A DNA stretch of 40,439 nt from a virus (taxonomy: Duplodnaviria > Caudoviricetes), in the IMG/VR virus record IMGVR_UViG_3300032155_000017, positions 1 through 40,439 of that record. One strand, given 5' to 3'. Within the stretch, counting starts at the first letter, position 1; each line of letters opens with the position of its first letter. Below the pieces are notes generated by a model that saw only the letters and a list, made by a program, of their open reading frames with translations, was not told the origin of the DNA and did not search any database. Below, in pieces: positions 26,923 through 34,667 of this stretch. Both the position numbers and the translations under genes were made by a program.

Positions 26923-27425
26923 GCCTTGCCCCCGTAGTGCCGGGAAAGCTCGAAGCCGAACGGTTCCAGCACTTCCAGCAGGGCCTGCGCGTGGCCGGGA
27001 AAGTGCTCGCGCACGAATTCGCCCAGCAGGCCCAGCACCTCCAGCGCAAGGGCCAGTTCGTTGGTTTCCGGCATGACGCGGCGGCAGGCGGCCACCGTCT
27101 TGTTGAAGCTGTCGGCAAGGCTGGCCAGGATGTCCGCGCGTTCCTTTGGCTTCAGGGTGCCTTCGCGCAGTTCGTCCAGCAGGGTCTTGTGCTGCACCAT
27201 GTAGTCGGTCAGCACCTGCCGGGCCACGTCGTCTGTGCCGCCCATGGCCAGCATGCTGGCGGTGCGCGCCTTGTCCCAATCGTCGCCATCGGCCTTGGCC
27301 TGCCGCTTCCAGCGGGCAGCCGTGGACGCGGGCACGCCCGCCCTGGCAGCGGCCATTTCCAGCGGCAACTGGTCGTAGATGAAGGCGGCGCGCAGTTGCC
27401 GCCGGGTTTCATCGGCGTGGGCCAC
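26919..27425 (-). CDS. DUF1804 / gp27-like putative terminase small subunit
   Basis: HTH, then TAARWKR...GDDWDKAR, LASLADSFNK; GTG start. Confidence 0.82.
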   Translation of the reverse strand: MAHADETRRQLRAAFIYDQLPLEMAAARAGVPASTAARWKRQAKADGDDWDKARTASMLAMGGTDDVARQVLTDYMVQHKTLLDELREGTLKPKERADILASLADSFNKTVAACRRVMPETNELALALEVLGLLGEFVREHFPGHAQALLEVLEPFGFELSRHYGGKA

Positions 27426-27426
27426 G

Positions 27427-27642
27427 TCAGCCCCCCAGCAGCTTGGCTTTGATGTAGGTAATGCCCACGGCCACAAGGCCGCCGGTCAGCCCGCCGGAAA
27501 TGCCCCCGGCCACCGCCCCGGCGGTGATGGCCCGGCGCTCCATGCGGGCGGTGCGCCGGTCCACCAGGTCCACCTTTTCCGCGATGCGCTCCAGCAGTTG
27601 CAGTTCGCGCCCGGCTTCACCGGCGCAGTCATCCTTGGTCAT
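27427..27642 (-). CDS. small membrane protein
   Basis: coiled coil followed by AGAVAGGISGGLTGGLVAVGI; typical Mu-like position. Confidence 0.7.
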   Translation of the reverse strand: MTKDDCAGEAGRELQLLERIAEKVDLVDRRTARMERRAITAGAVAGGISGGLTGGLVAVGITYIKAKLLGG

Positions 27643-27655
27643 GCGTGTCTCCGCA

Positions 27656-27922
27656 TCATGCGCCGCCGGGCAGTGAGCCGAGGCGGTCCGAGAGTTTGTC
27701 CAGCTTGGCGTCGATGTCCTTCAGGCGGTCCAGCATTTCGGTGCGCATCAGTACGTAGTCGTCGCGGCGCACGCACTGGTCGGTGACGCGCTGGCGCAGT
27801 TCCGCCAGTTCTGCCTTCAGGGCCTCGTTCTGCTGCTTCAGCCCGTACAGCACCACGCCGCCAAGGCTGCCCACCACCCCCAGCAGCGTGGTGACCAGCA
27901 GCAGCACCCATTCCATGCTCAT
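27656..27922 (-). CDS. gp25-like membrane / coiled-coil protein
   Basis: N-terminal TM segment; VRRDDY...IDAKLDKL. Confidence 0.7.
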   Translation of the reverse strand: MSMEWVLLLVTTLLGVVGSLGGVVLYGLKQQNEALKAELAELRQRVTDQCVRRDDYVLMRTEMLDRLKDIDAKLDKLSDRLGSLPGGA

Positions 27923-28614
27923 GGGGCCACCGCGAAGTTGACCAGGGCGTTGACCTGCGCTTCCAGCGCCTGACAGCGCCCGCCGTAGTCGCGGATGTGG
28001 GCAAGAATGTCCGCCCCGCTGACGGTGGCTGCGCCCGCTATTCCGGGTGCTGCGCGAAGTAGCCCGGCGTCAGCGCCGGGGGCGGCGTGGGCCGTTGCGC
28101 CAGTTCCGGCGGCAGCGGCGTCTTCGGGCAGGGGGCCACCACCGGCACCGGCGGCAGGGGCGAGGCCGATTGCCTCGTTGTACAGGCGCACGAAAGCAGG
28201 GCCGAACACAGGGCCAGCAACAGCAATGTCTTGCGCGGCATGGGCGGCAATCCTCCGGGAGAATTCGCGGCGGGCATCGGCAAGGCGCGTGCGCGTCTGC
28301 ATCAGTTCCGCCGCAAGGGTGTTGGCGCGGGCGGTTTCCTCCTCCAGCTTGCGCCGGGCAGTACGCTCCGCATCGGCCACGGCCAGGGCGCGGACGGTGT
28401 TTTCGTCCGCGTGCTCGGCCCGCAGTTCGGCCAGCGCCCGCTGGCCACGTTCCGACGTGGCGGCATGGGCGGCCTGTTCGGCCTTGAGGCTGGCCGACAG
28501 CAGGACGCAACGCACCCCGGCCACGGCCAGCAGCACAGCAAGCACGGCGGCCCCGGCGGCAAGCGCCAGCAGGCGCGGCTTTGGGGACAGGAATGCGGCG
28601 ATGGTTTCCAGCAT
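27919..28614 (-). CDS. i-spanin (Rz-like)
   Basis: N-terminal TM, Ala-rich coiled coil, FVRLYNEAIG, CQALEAQVNAL; downstream of the endolysin. Confidence 0.75.
   Translation of the reverse strand: MLETIAAFLSPKPRLLALAAGAAVLAVLLAVAGVRCVLLSASLKAEQAAHAATSERGQRALAELRAEHADENTVRALAVADAERTARRKLEEETARANTLAAELMQTRTRLADARREFSRRIAAHAAQDIAVAGPVFGPAFVRLYNEAIGLAPAAGAGGGPLPEDAAAAGTGATAHAAPGADAGLLRAAPGIAGAATVSGADILAHIRDYGGRCQALEAQVNALVNFAVAP
28038..28241 (-). CDS. embedded o-spanin lipoprotein (Rz1-like)
   Basis: GGAGG RBS; MPRKTLLLLALCSALLSCAC signal/lipobox; Pro-rich mature part; nested out of frame in the i-spanin. Confidence 0.7.
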   Translation of the reverse strand: MPRKTLLLLALCSALLSCACTTRQSASPLPPVPVVAPCPKTPLPPELAQRPTPPPALTPGYFAQHPE

Positions 28615-29402
28615 CAGGAACGCCCCCCTTCGCAGCTTCCCCCGCCCCAGCCCGCCGCCTCGTAGACCGGTTCCAGCATCAGCAGGATGCGCCGGGGGTA
28701 ACCCCGGTTCTCGCGGAAGGCGTTGGCGGAACGCCCGGCGTTGACGGCCTCCACGTTGCCCCACCACACGGCGGGGTTGCGCCCGCGCGTGGCGGCCAGT
28801 CTGGCGTCGCGCTGCACCCAGCCCAGCCCGCCGTTGTAGGCGGAAAGGGCCATGGCCATGCGGTCGCAGGGGGTGGCGGCGCGCACGCGCTGGTGCAGCC
28901 ACAGGTCGTAGGCGACCATGGCGCGCAACGCCCACGCGGGATTGAAGGGGGCAGGCTGGCCGGTTTGGGGCATGACCGTGGGCAGCCAGCGGGCAGTGGA
29001 CGGCATGAACTGCGCCAGCCCCTGCGCGCCCACAGGCGACACGGCGTCGGGCCGCCACTCGCTTTCCTGCTGCACCTGCGCCGCAAAGGTGGCCACCGGC
29101 GCGCCAAGGCCCCATTCCAGCCGGGCCGCACGCACCAGCACGGAACGGTGCGCCTGCGCCTCGCGGGGGATGGAGGCGGCGCGGGCGGAATAGCTGAACC
29201 ACAGGTGCAGGAGAATGGCGGCAAGCAGGGCTATGCCAAGGACGCGCAGCGCCTCAAGGAACCACCCGAGGAAGGATAACGCGGCGGAAACAAACAGCGC
29301 AGCAAGCCGCCTGCCGAACGGAGTAGCAGGTGCAGGCGGCCAAACCCACACCTCCCACCCGAACGGAAGCCGGATTGCCCGGTAGCCCTTGTGGAAGCCC
29401 AT
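28614..29402 (-). CDS. endolysin, lytic transglycosylase (SLT) with N-terminal hydrophobic segments
   Basis: QQESEW, AVSPVGAQGLAQFMP, ALSAYNGGLG, ENRGYPRRI. Confidence 0.9.
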   Translation of the reverse strand: MGFHKGYRAIRLPFGWEVWVWPPAPATPFGRRLAALFVSAALSFLGWFLEALRVLGIALLAAILLHLWFSYSARAASIPREAQAHRSVLVRAARLEWGLGAPVATFAAQVQQESEWRPDAVSPVGAQGLAQFMPSTARWLPTVMPQTGQPAPFNPAWALRAMVAYDLWLHQRVRAATPCDRMAMALSAYNGGLGWVQRDARLAATRGRNPAVWWGNVEAVNAGRSANAFRENRGYPRRILLMLEPVYEAAGWGGGSCEGGRS

Positions 29403-29404
29403 GG

Positions 29405-29776
29405 CTAAAGCCCCAGCCCCACGGCCAGCATGGCCATGCCCATCAGGAGAATGCGGCGCAGGCACGCGACCATGAACAGGGGCTTGGATTCCGTTACCAC
29501 CGGGAAGTCATCAACGCCGTCGGGCCAGTCGCCGGAGCCGATGCGGTCGCGCCATTCCTCGCACAGGTAGCCTTCGGGCCGGGCGTAGGGGAACAGCCAG
29601 CGGTCGATCCAGTAGGCGGCCACGGCGGCCAGCATGACCAGCGTGACCTTGTAGGTGACGATCAGCGCCTCTCTGGGCGAGGCGTGCCAAAGGAACAACC
29701 ACAGCGCGACGGCAATCAGGCTGCACAGCAGCATGCGCGCGTGCCGGATGCCGCGCAGACGGGACAGGATGGACAC
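29405..29776 (-). CDS. putative holin (2-3 TM)
   Basis: YKVTLVMLAAVAAYWIDRWLFPYARP...LRRILLMG..LAVGLGL; GGAGG RBS plus GTG. Confidence 0.82.
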   Translation of the reverse strand: MSILSRLRGIRHARMLLCSLIAVALWLFLWHASPREALIVTYKVTLVMLAAVAAYWIDRWLFPYARPEGYLCEEWRDRIGSGDWPDGVDDFPVVTESKPLFMVACLRRILLMGMAMLAVGLGL

Positions 29777-29836
29777 GACGGCCTCCCTTGCAAAACAGGT
29801 GCAACAACGTTTCGCCAGGGCAGCCGCCACAATGCA

Positions 29837-29899
29837 GCCGCCCCCGGTGCTGCCATATTGGCAGCAACCGGGGGCGGCGACAGAAGGAAGGGGTTCAGT
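29837..29899 (-). promoter_or_regulatory. late-promoter-like element (copy 3, Plys-equivalent)
   Basis: ACTGAACCCCTTCCTTCTGTC, 18 nt, CAATAT at the apex of the long hairpin GCCGCCCCCGGT-TGCTGCCA/TGGCAGCA-CCGGGGGCGGC. Confidence 0.65.
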
Positions 29900-29907
29900 G
29901 GGGCGTG

Positions 29908-30231
29908 CTAGATCAGGTGCTGGACAAGACGGAAAGAACCTATGACGCCCAACATGAAAAGGCCCGCAATGAAGCCCCACGCGGCAGTAAAGGAGACAGG
30001 CAATTCTTTTCTCGTTTCCTTCGCGGCATAGATGCCGACCAGCATGAGCATGGGACCGCCAAGCAAGTATACCTTTACCGGCGGGAAACGAGCAGCAAGC
30101 TCCGCAAGTATCCCGGCACCCAGCATCACCATCAGAACGAACACCACCGCAAACCGATAGCGAGGCATGTACTTCAGCATTGCAACGACAATGCCGATGA
30201 ACGCACCAACGAGAATCGCATACATCAACAT
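29908..30231 (-). CDS. small multi-TM membrane protein (accessory)
   Basis: 107 aa, ~4 hydrophobic segments, GGAGG RBS, lower GC. Confidence 0.7.
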   Translation of the reverse strand: MLMYAILVGAFIGIVVAMLKYMPRYRFAVVFVLMVMLGAGILAELAARFPPVKVYLLGGPMLMLVGIYAAKETRKELPVSFTAAWGFIAGLFMLGVIGSFRLVQHLI

Positions 30232-30239
30232 GGAACCTC

Positions 30240-30701
30240 CTACACCAGACGCCCCTGTGCCGGGGCAGATTGACGGGGGGGCACGGCATCTGGCCCTTTC
30301 AGGATCAGCCAGACTCGTCTGTCGGAAAGCCTATAGCGCAGGGCAAGTTCCGCGACAACATCCGTTCCGGTGCGCCCGGTCCGTATCTCAGCGTCGAAAT
30401 GTCGAACTATCTCCGTATCCCGCGCCCTGCGCAACGCATCGGCACAGCGGGGAATGTACAGGTTGGTTCCGCCGTACTGCTTGCACAGGATGTCGGCGGC
30501 CTTCACCCCCACGGCCTGCTCCAGCAGGTTGAAACGCAGTTCGCCCATCCGGTTCTCGCGCTTGGGAACCGGGAACGTCGTGCCGCCCAGCGCCTCCACC
30601 AGCCGCAGGGTGTCGGGCATGCCGATAAGCCCGGCAATCTCGCGGGCCATGGCGGGCATGCTGTCTTCGTGCTGCATGATCTGCAAGACATCGCGCGTCA
30701 T
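30240..30701 (-). CDS. mor: Mor/C-family transcription activator
   Basis: LVEALGGTTFPVP, YGGTNLYIPRC, RDTEI, ELALRYRLSDRRVWLILK. Confidence 0.88.
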   Translation of the reverse strand: MTRDVLQIMQHEDSMPAMAREIAGLIGMPDTLRLVEALGGTTFPVPKRENRMGELRFNLLEQAVGVKAADILCKQYGGTNLYIPRCADALRRARDTEIVRHFDAEIRTGRTGTDVVAELALRYRLSDRRVWLILKGPDAVPPRQSAPAQGRLV

Positions 30702-31138
30702 GCATCTTCCTCCTTGCCCGAGCGGCGGCGCGCATCCTTCACCAGAGCCACCATGACGGCCTTTAGCTGGTCCGCGTCGCACCATTCCAGCTTCTCCACC
30801 CCGAACATGCGCCGGGCAATGGCTTCCGCGTAGCTCCACGGCCTGCCGTTGTCGGCAAGCAGCGCCTCCACCTTGGCCAGCAGGGCGGAACCTCCGGCCT
30901 TCACGCGCGGCTTGCGGCCCTTGCGCGTTGCCGCCTTGGGCTGCCAGCCCTTGGCCCGTAGTTCGGCCACCACGGCCACCAGTTGCCTGTCCGTCAGGCC
31001 GGACGCGGAGCGTTGCCCGGTCACCCGTTCCAGCAGGTCGCGGTACACGCTTTCGCCCAGGGCCAGGTCCTTCCGGGCGATGTGAATCTTGGCCAGCAGT
31101 GAATTGCGGCCTTCGGACCGGGCGTCAGAAGTCGCCAT
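30698..31138 (-). CDS. gemA: GemA / gp16 family protein (DUF1018)
   Basis: LAKIHIARKDLAL...YRDLL..VTGQRSA, KVEALL, WSYAEAIARRMFGVEKLEW. Confidence 0.88.
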   Translation of the reverse strand: MATSDARSEGRNSLLAKIHIARKDLALGESVYRDLLERVTGQRSASGLTDRQLVAVVAELRAKGWQPKAATRKGRKPRVKAGGSALLAKVEALLADNGRPWSYAEAIARRMFGVEKLEWCDADQLKAVMVALVKDARRRSGKEEDA

Positions 31139-31340
31139 GTGCCACCTCCAGCAGGCTGCGCTGGCCCGGTCGTTGCCGTTCCGCGCGGGTGTTCAGGGCA
31201 TGGACGCAGGCTGCGGCGTTCACCGTGGCGGCGTCGGGGTCGTTGGGGTCCACGAAGAACAGCGCCACGATGCGGTTGCGCTCGGTGTCGCGGATGCACG
31301 GCATGTCCGTATTGGTGCGGGAACGCTGGTACCGCTGCAT
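31125..31340 (-). CDS. hypothetical early protein
   Basis: GGAGG RBS plus ATG; tightly packed in the operon. Confidence 0.6.
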   Translation of the reverse strand: MQRYQRSRTNTDMPCIRDTERNRIVALFFVDPNDPDAATVNAAACVHALNTRAERQRPGQRSLLEVAHGDF

Positions 31341-31342
31341 GG

Positions 31343-31795
31343 CTACCTCCGGCATTCGGATACGGGCACCTGAACCAGCCCACGCCCGAACAGCAGGACG
31401 TGGACGTACCAGCGGGCATCAGCCCCCTGATGCGGTTGCGTCGCGGTGCGGGTGCGGTCGTACAGGGGCGTTCCGTCCGGGGCGCGCCCACCGTTGGCAA
31501 CGCGGACGGGGGTGCCCACGGGCAATTCCGGTCGCGGCTCTTCGGCGGGCGCGGCATCGCCCGACAGCGGCCCCAGCAGCCGGGCCACCAGCCCGCCCAC
31601 CGCCGCAGGGGGAAGAAAACTGTACTTCTCGCCGCCCACGCGCACCCATCGCCCGCCCTGGCGCACCCGGAACACCCCGGCGACCGCGCCGGGCTGGCCG
31701 GGCCACAGTTCCGCCGGGAACAGTTCAAGGCTCACTGGCGTTTTGCCGGGCAGGGTAAGCAGAATATGGGCTGTTTTCTTGCGCGGTTCTGCCAT
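31343..31795 (-). CDS. hypothetical early protein
   Basis: GGAG RBS, 150 aa, phage-like codon usage; first gene after hammerhead 1. Confidence 0.65.
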   Translation of the reverse strand: MAEPRKKTAHILLTLPGKTPVSLELFPAELWPGQPGAVAGVFRVRQGGRWVRVGGEKYSFLPPAAVGGLVARLLGPLSGDAAPAEEPRPELPVGTPVRVANGGRAPDGTPLYDRTRTATQPHQGADARWYVHVLLFGRGLVQVPVSECRR

Positions 31796-31814
31796 GTGGA
31801 CTCCGCATTTCTCG

Positions 31815-31884
31815 TTGGCTGCTCGTCAGGCCGGGGCCGCCACGCCCCGACGACCGCCCCCCATCACAGGCGGGGCGGTTTCGC
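31815..31884 (-). ncRNA. type II hammerhead ribozyme (copy 1)
   Basis: GC-GAAAC-CGCCCC-loop-GGGGCG-GTC^-GTCGGGGC-GTGGCG-GCCCCGGC-CTGACGA-GC-AGCCA; intact CUGANGA/GAAA/GUC core. Confidence 0.85.
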
Positions 31885-32151
31885 TCAACTGTGTGCAGGT
31901 TGCGGGACTTTCACTTCTACCTTCGTCAACGGGTACTTGATTCGCAGTTCGCCGATGCCCTCCATAGGGGGGATAATCCGTACCTTGTGGCCGACTTTCA
32001 GGGCATCCATGGGTTCCAGCAGACGGCTCCCAACCCACAGGGAAGCCTGAAACGGTCGGCAGTCTATGACCTCCCTGTCGCAGATGTCCCACTCCAAAAA
32101 ATCCTGCATGTGATCTTCAAAGGTCACGGTGATGATGGTGACCGCTTCCAT
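31885..32151 (-). CDS. hypothetical protein bracketed by two hammerhead ribozymes
   Basis: 88 aa, AAGGA RBS, lower GC; TFEDHMQDFLEWDI...DCRPFQASLWVG. Confidence 0.7.
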   Translation of the reverse strand: MEAVTIITVTFEDHMQDFLEWDICDREVIDCRPFQASLWVGSRLLEPMDALKVGHKVRIIPPMEGIGELRIKYPLTKVEVKVPQPAHS

Positions 32152-32161
32152 AAGTGTTCCT

Positions 32162-32223
32162 TTGGCTGCTCGTCAGGCCGGGGCCGCCACGCCCCAGCGA
32201 CCGCCCCGAAGGGCGGTTTCGCA
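32162..32223 (-). ncRNA. type II hammerhead ribozyme (copy 2)
   Basis: TGC-GAAAC-CGCCC-TTCG-GGGCG-GTC^-GCTGGGGC-GTGGCG-GCCCCGGC-CTGACGA-GCA-GCCA. Confidence 0.87.
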
Positions 32224-32460
32224 TCACTTGCACAAGATGCGTTTTGCTGTCGCCGCATCATATCCCGCCTCTATCAGACGGGATGCGGCATCGTTCCTGA
32301 TGCCTCGCACTATTGCGGAACGGTCATCTTCCTTGCGTTTGCGAAATGCCGGGTTGTCGGAAAGTTCCGGCATCTGCTCCGGTGACAAGTTGGGGTGTCG
32401 CAACACTCGCTCCGCAAACAACCTGACCATGTAGTTGAGCCGCAGCTTGTCCCGCGCCAT
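32224..32460 (-). CDS. hypothetical early protein
   Basis: 78-aa ORF filling the gap; stop codon abuts hammerhead 2. Confidence 0.6.
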   Translation of the reverse strand: MARDKLRLNYMVRLFAERVLRHPNLSPEQMPELSDNPAFRKRKEDDRSAIVRGIRNDAASRLIEAGYDAATAKRILCK

Positions 32461-32467
32461 GACTCAC

Positions 32468-32962
32468 CTACGCGGCCTTGTAGCTCAGGGTGGCCTTGGC
32501 TTCCTGAATCCGCAGGCAACCCGCCACGTCGCGGGCCAGCGGGTTGTCGCCATCGGTGGCAAGGCTCACCAACTTGGGTTCGGGCGAATAGGTGGCCTTT
32601 TCCTTCACGAGGTCGGGGAAGCGGTCGCCCAGCAGTTCACGCAGGGCGCCCACGTCGGCAATGGCCACGGAATCCCGCAGGGACACGGTGCAGTCCACGC
32701 CCGCGATGACGATGTGCAGGGTGCCGTTGCCGTCCATCCAGCGCGGCACCTCGGCAAGAATCTTCGCGTTCACTTCCTCCAGCTTGTCCTTCAGCCCGTC
32801 GATCTCGTTCTTCAGGGCCGCACCGTGCAGCACCAGTTCGCCCAGCGAGGCCGGGGCGGTGAAGGTCTGCTTGCCCAGCTTGACCGTTGCCACGGGCGGC
32901 GTGGGCAGGTGGGACACGTTGGATTCCTGCACCTTCTTCAGTTTCTTTGCGGCGGTCGCCAT
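32468..32962 (-). CDS. hypothetical early protein (coiled coil; lies in the Gam/DUF3164-like position)
   Basis: GGAGG RBS; LKNEIDGLKDKLEEVN coiled coil; LLGDRFPDLV. Confidence 0.65.
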   Translation of the reverse strand: MATAAKKLKKVQESNVSHLPTPPVATVKLGKQTFTAPASLGELVLHGAALKNEIDGLKDKLEEVNAKILAEVPRWMDGNGTLHIVIAGVDCTVSLRDSVAIADVGALRELLGDRFPDLVKEKATYSPEPKLVSLATDGDNPLARDVAGCLRIQEAKATLSYKAA

Positions 32963-32963
32963 G

Positions 32964-33293
32964 TCAGTTTCCTCCATTCTGTTGGTCGGGTTGGGGTCTG
33001 TGGGGGCAAGCCTGGCAGGCGCGCCAGTGGCGCAAGGCTGCCGGGCTGGATGTCGGCAAGGGGCCGTTGTGGCGGGCGCATTCCAGCGCGGTCAGTTCAC
33101 GCCCCAGAAAGGGGCACGCCACCCGCCCGTAGGTTTCGAGGATGCGTTGCGCCATGCGGTCGGTGCGGCCAGGGTAGCGCCCGGCCAGCAGCAGGCTGAC
33201 CGATGGCCGGGACACGCCCAGTTCGCGCGCCACCGCCGCCTTGGTGCGGTCTGCGGCGGCGTGGCGCAGCAGTTCCAGCCAGTCATGCGTCAT
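32964..33293 (-). CDS. HTH protein with Cys-rich C-terminus
   Basis: KAAVARELGVSRPSVSLLLAGRY; CPFLG...C...WRACQACP. Confidence 0.75.
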   Translation of the reverse strand: MTHDWLELLRHAAADRTKAAVARELGVSRPSVSLLLAGRYPGRTDRMAQRILETYGRVACPFLGRELTALECARHNGPLPTSSPAALRHWRACQACPHRPQPDQQNGGN

Positions 33294-33876
33294 GAGCGGC
33301 CCCCTGTTGCGCCAGTTCGGCCAGTGTCGGAACGCGCAGGACTTCGCCGGTGTTCGGGTCCGTCAGGGTGCGTGTGGCCTTGTTGAAGGCCGGGGCTTCC
33401 GGCCCGGTGTTGCGGTCGCGCCGCAGGCGGTAGCGTTGGGGGTGCGGGCCATTGCCCCGGCGGGGCAGCGCCAGCAGGTAGCCCGTGGAGGCCAGCGCCC
33501 GGATGTAGGCGCCAAGGTTCCTTTCCGCATCGACCTCGCTGCCGTCGCACAGCATGGTCAGCAAATCGTCCAGGCTGAAGCCGTCGCGCATGCGCATGGC
33601 CCGCCACGCCTTGGCGCGCAGGGTGTTGCCCCGCCTGCTGGCAGCCGTAGCAGTGCTGGGGCCGCCCTTGGGCTCATAGCCGGTGGCCAGCACGGCGCGC
33701 CCCGCTTCCGTGATTTCGTGGACGCCAGCGTGCGAGACGATGAACCCTTTCCCCCTCAAGTTCTTGCAGGCATTGCGGGCGGACTCCGTACTCACGCCGA
33801 GCACGGACGCAATGCTGCGCGTCAGCTTGGGGCCTGCCGCAAGTTGCGTCAGGATGTCGCGTCCGTACCACGCCAT
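33283..33876 (-). CDS. winged-HTH DNA-binding protein
   Basis: N-terminal wHTH; LRAKAWRAMR, YIRALASTGYL, YRLRRDRNTGPEAP, DPNTGE, common after B in Mu-like phages. Confidence 0.72.
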   Translation of the reverse strand: MAWYGRDILTQLAAGPKLTRSIASVLGVSTESARNACKNLRGKGFIVSHAGVHEITEAGRAVLATGYEPKGGPSTATAASRRGNTLRAKAWRAMRMRDGFSLDDLLTMLCDGSEVDAERNLGAYIRALASTGYLLALPRRGNGPHPQRYRLRRDRNTGPEAPAFNKATRTLTDPNTGEVLRVPTLAELAQQGAAHDA

Positions 33877-34659
33877 CTAACGGCCCCCCGCCGCCTGTGC
33901 CCCCGTGCGGGGTGCGCGGCCCTGCCGGGCGGTATTGGCCATGCGCGGGGTGCGGGCCTGCCAGTCGTAGGACAGGGGCACCCCGGCCACGTCGGCCATG
34001 GTCACCGTGGCCAGTTCGTTCACCTTGGCGATGCGTTCGATGGTGGCCACGATGTTCAGCACCTCGCGCATGCGCCCGCCGGACAGGCGATGCACCTCGG
34101 CCACCAGTTCATCGGTCAGGGGCACTTCCGAAAGCTGCCCGCAGGCGTGGGCCACATCGGCCAGCGAGGCGGGGCGGAATTCCACCACCTGCGCAATGCG
34201 GCTGTTGATCTGCTTGTGCCGGGCGATGTTCTGCTGGATGCGCTCCATGCCGATCAGCACCACGGTCACCTCGGCCCGGTCGGACAGGTCGCGTACCTTT
34301 TCCAGCACGGCGGCGGCTGACGACAGGGTGAATTCCGCCTCGTCGATGACCAGCGGGGCCTGCGTTTCCACCACGTGTTCCAGCAGCCGCCCGAACAGTT
34401 GCTGCGCCGTGCCGCGCGGGTCCACCCGCAGTTCCTTGGCCAGTTCGGTCAGGAAGTATTTCGGGGTCCAGTCCACGTTGGCCCGCAGGAACACGGCCCC
34501 GGTTTCGGCGGCCCAATGCCCCACCGTGTGGCTTTTGCCGAAGCCCGGCGCGCCGTGAACCAGCATCATCCCGGCTTCCGCCGCGCCGCGCTGTTCCACC
34601 GCCTGAATGCCTGCGGTGAACCGGGTGTAGTTTTCCGTCCTGACGAATTGCTTGCGCAT
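33877..34659 (-). CDS. MuB: MuB-like AAA ATPase (transposition protein B)
   Basis: Walker A GAPGFGKS, Walker B LVIDEAE, VRDLSD, VVLIGM. Confidence 0.9.
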   Translation of the reverse strand: MRKQFVRTENYTRFTAGIQAVEQRGAAEAGMMLVHGAPGFGKSHTVGHWAAETGAVFLRANVDWTPKYFLTELAKELRVDPRGTAQQLFGRLLEHVVETQAPLVIDEAEFTLSSAAAVLEKVRDLSDRAEVTVVLIGMERIQQNIARHKQINSRIAQVVEFRPASLADVAHACGQLSEVPLTDELVAEVHRLSGGRMREVLNIVATIERIAKVNELATVTMADVAGVPLSYDWQARTPRMANTARQGRAPRTGAQAAGGR

Positions 34660-34667
34660 GGTGTCTC

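Noticed and set aside
31815-32223. CRISPR mini-array or simple terminators for the repeated ~45-bp element
   Set aside because: Only two copies separated by a full ORF, no U-tract, no cas genes; the hammerhead core explains the conserved bases
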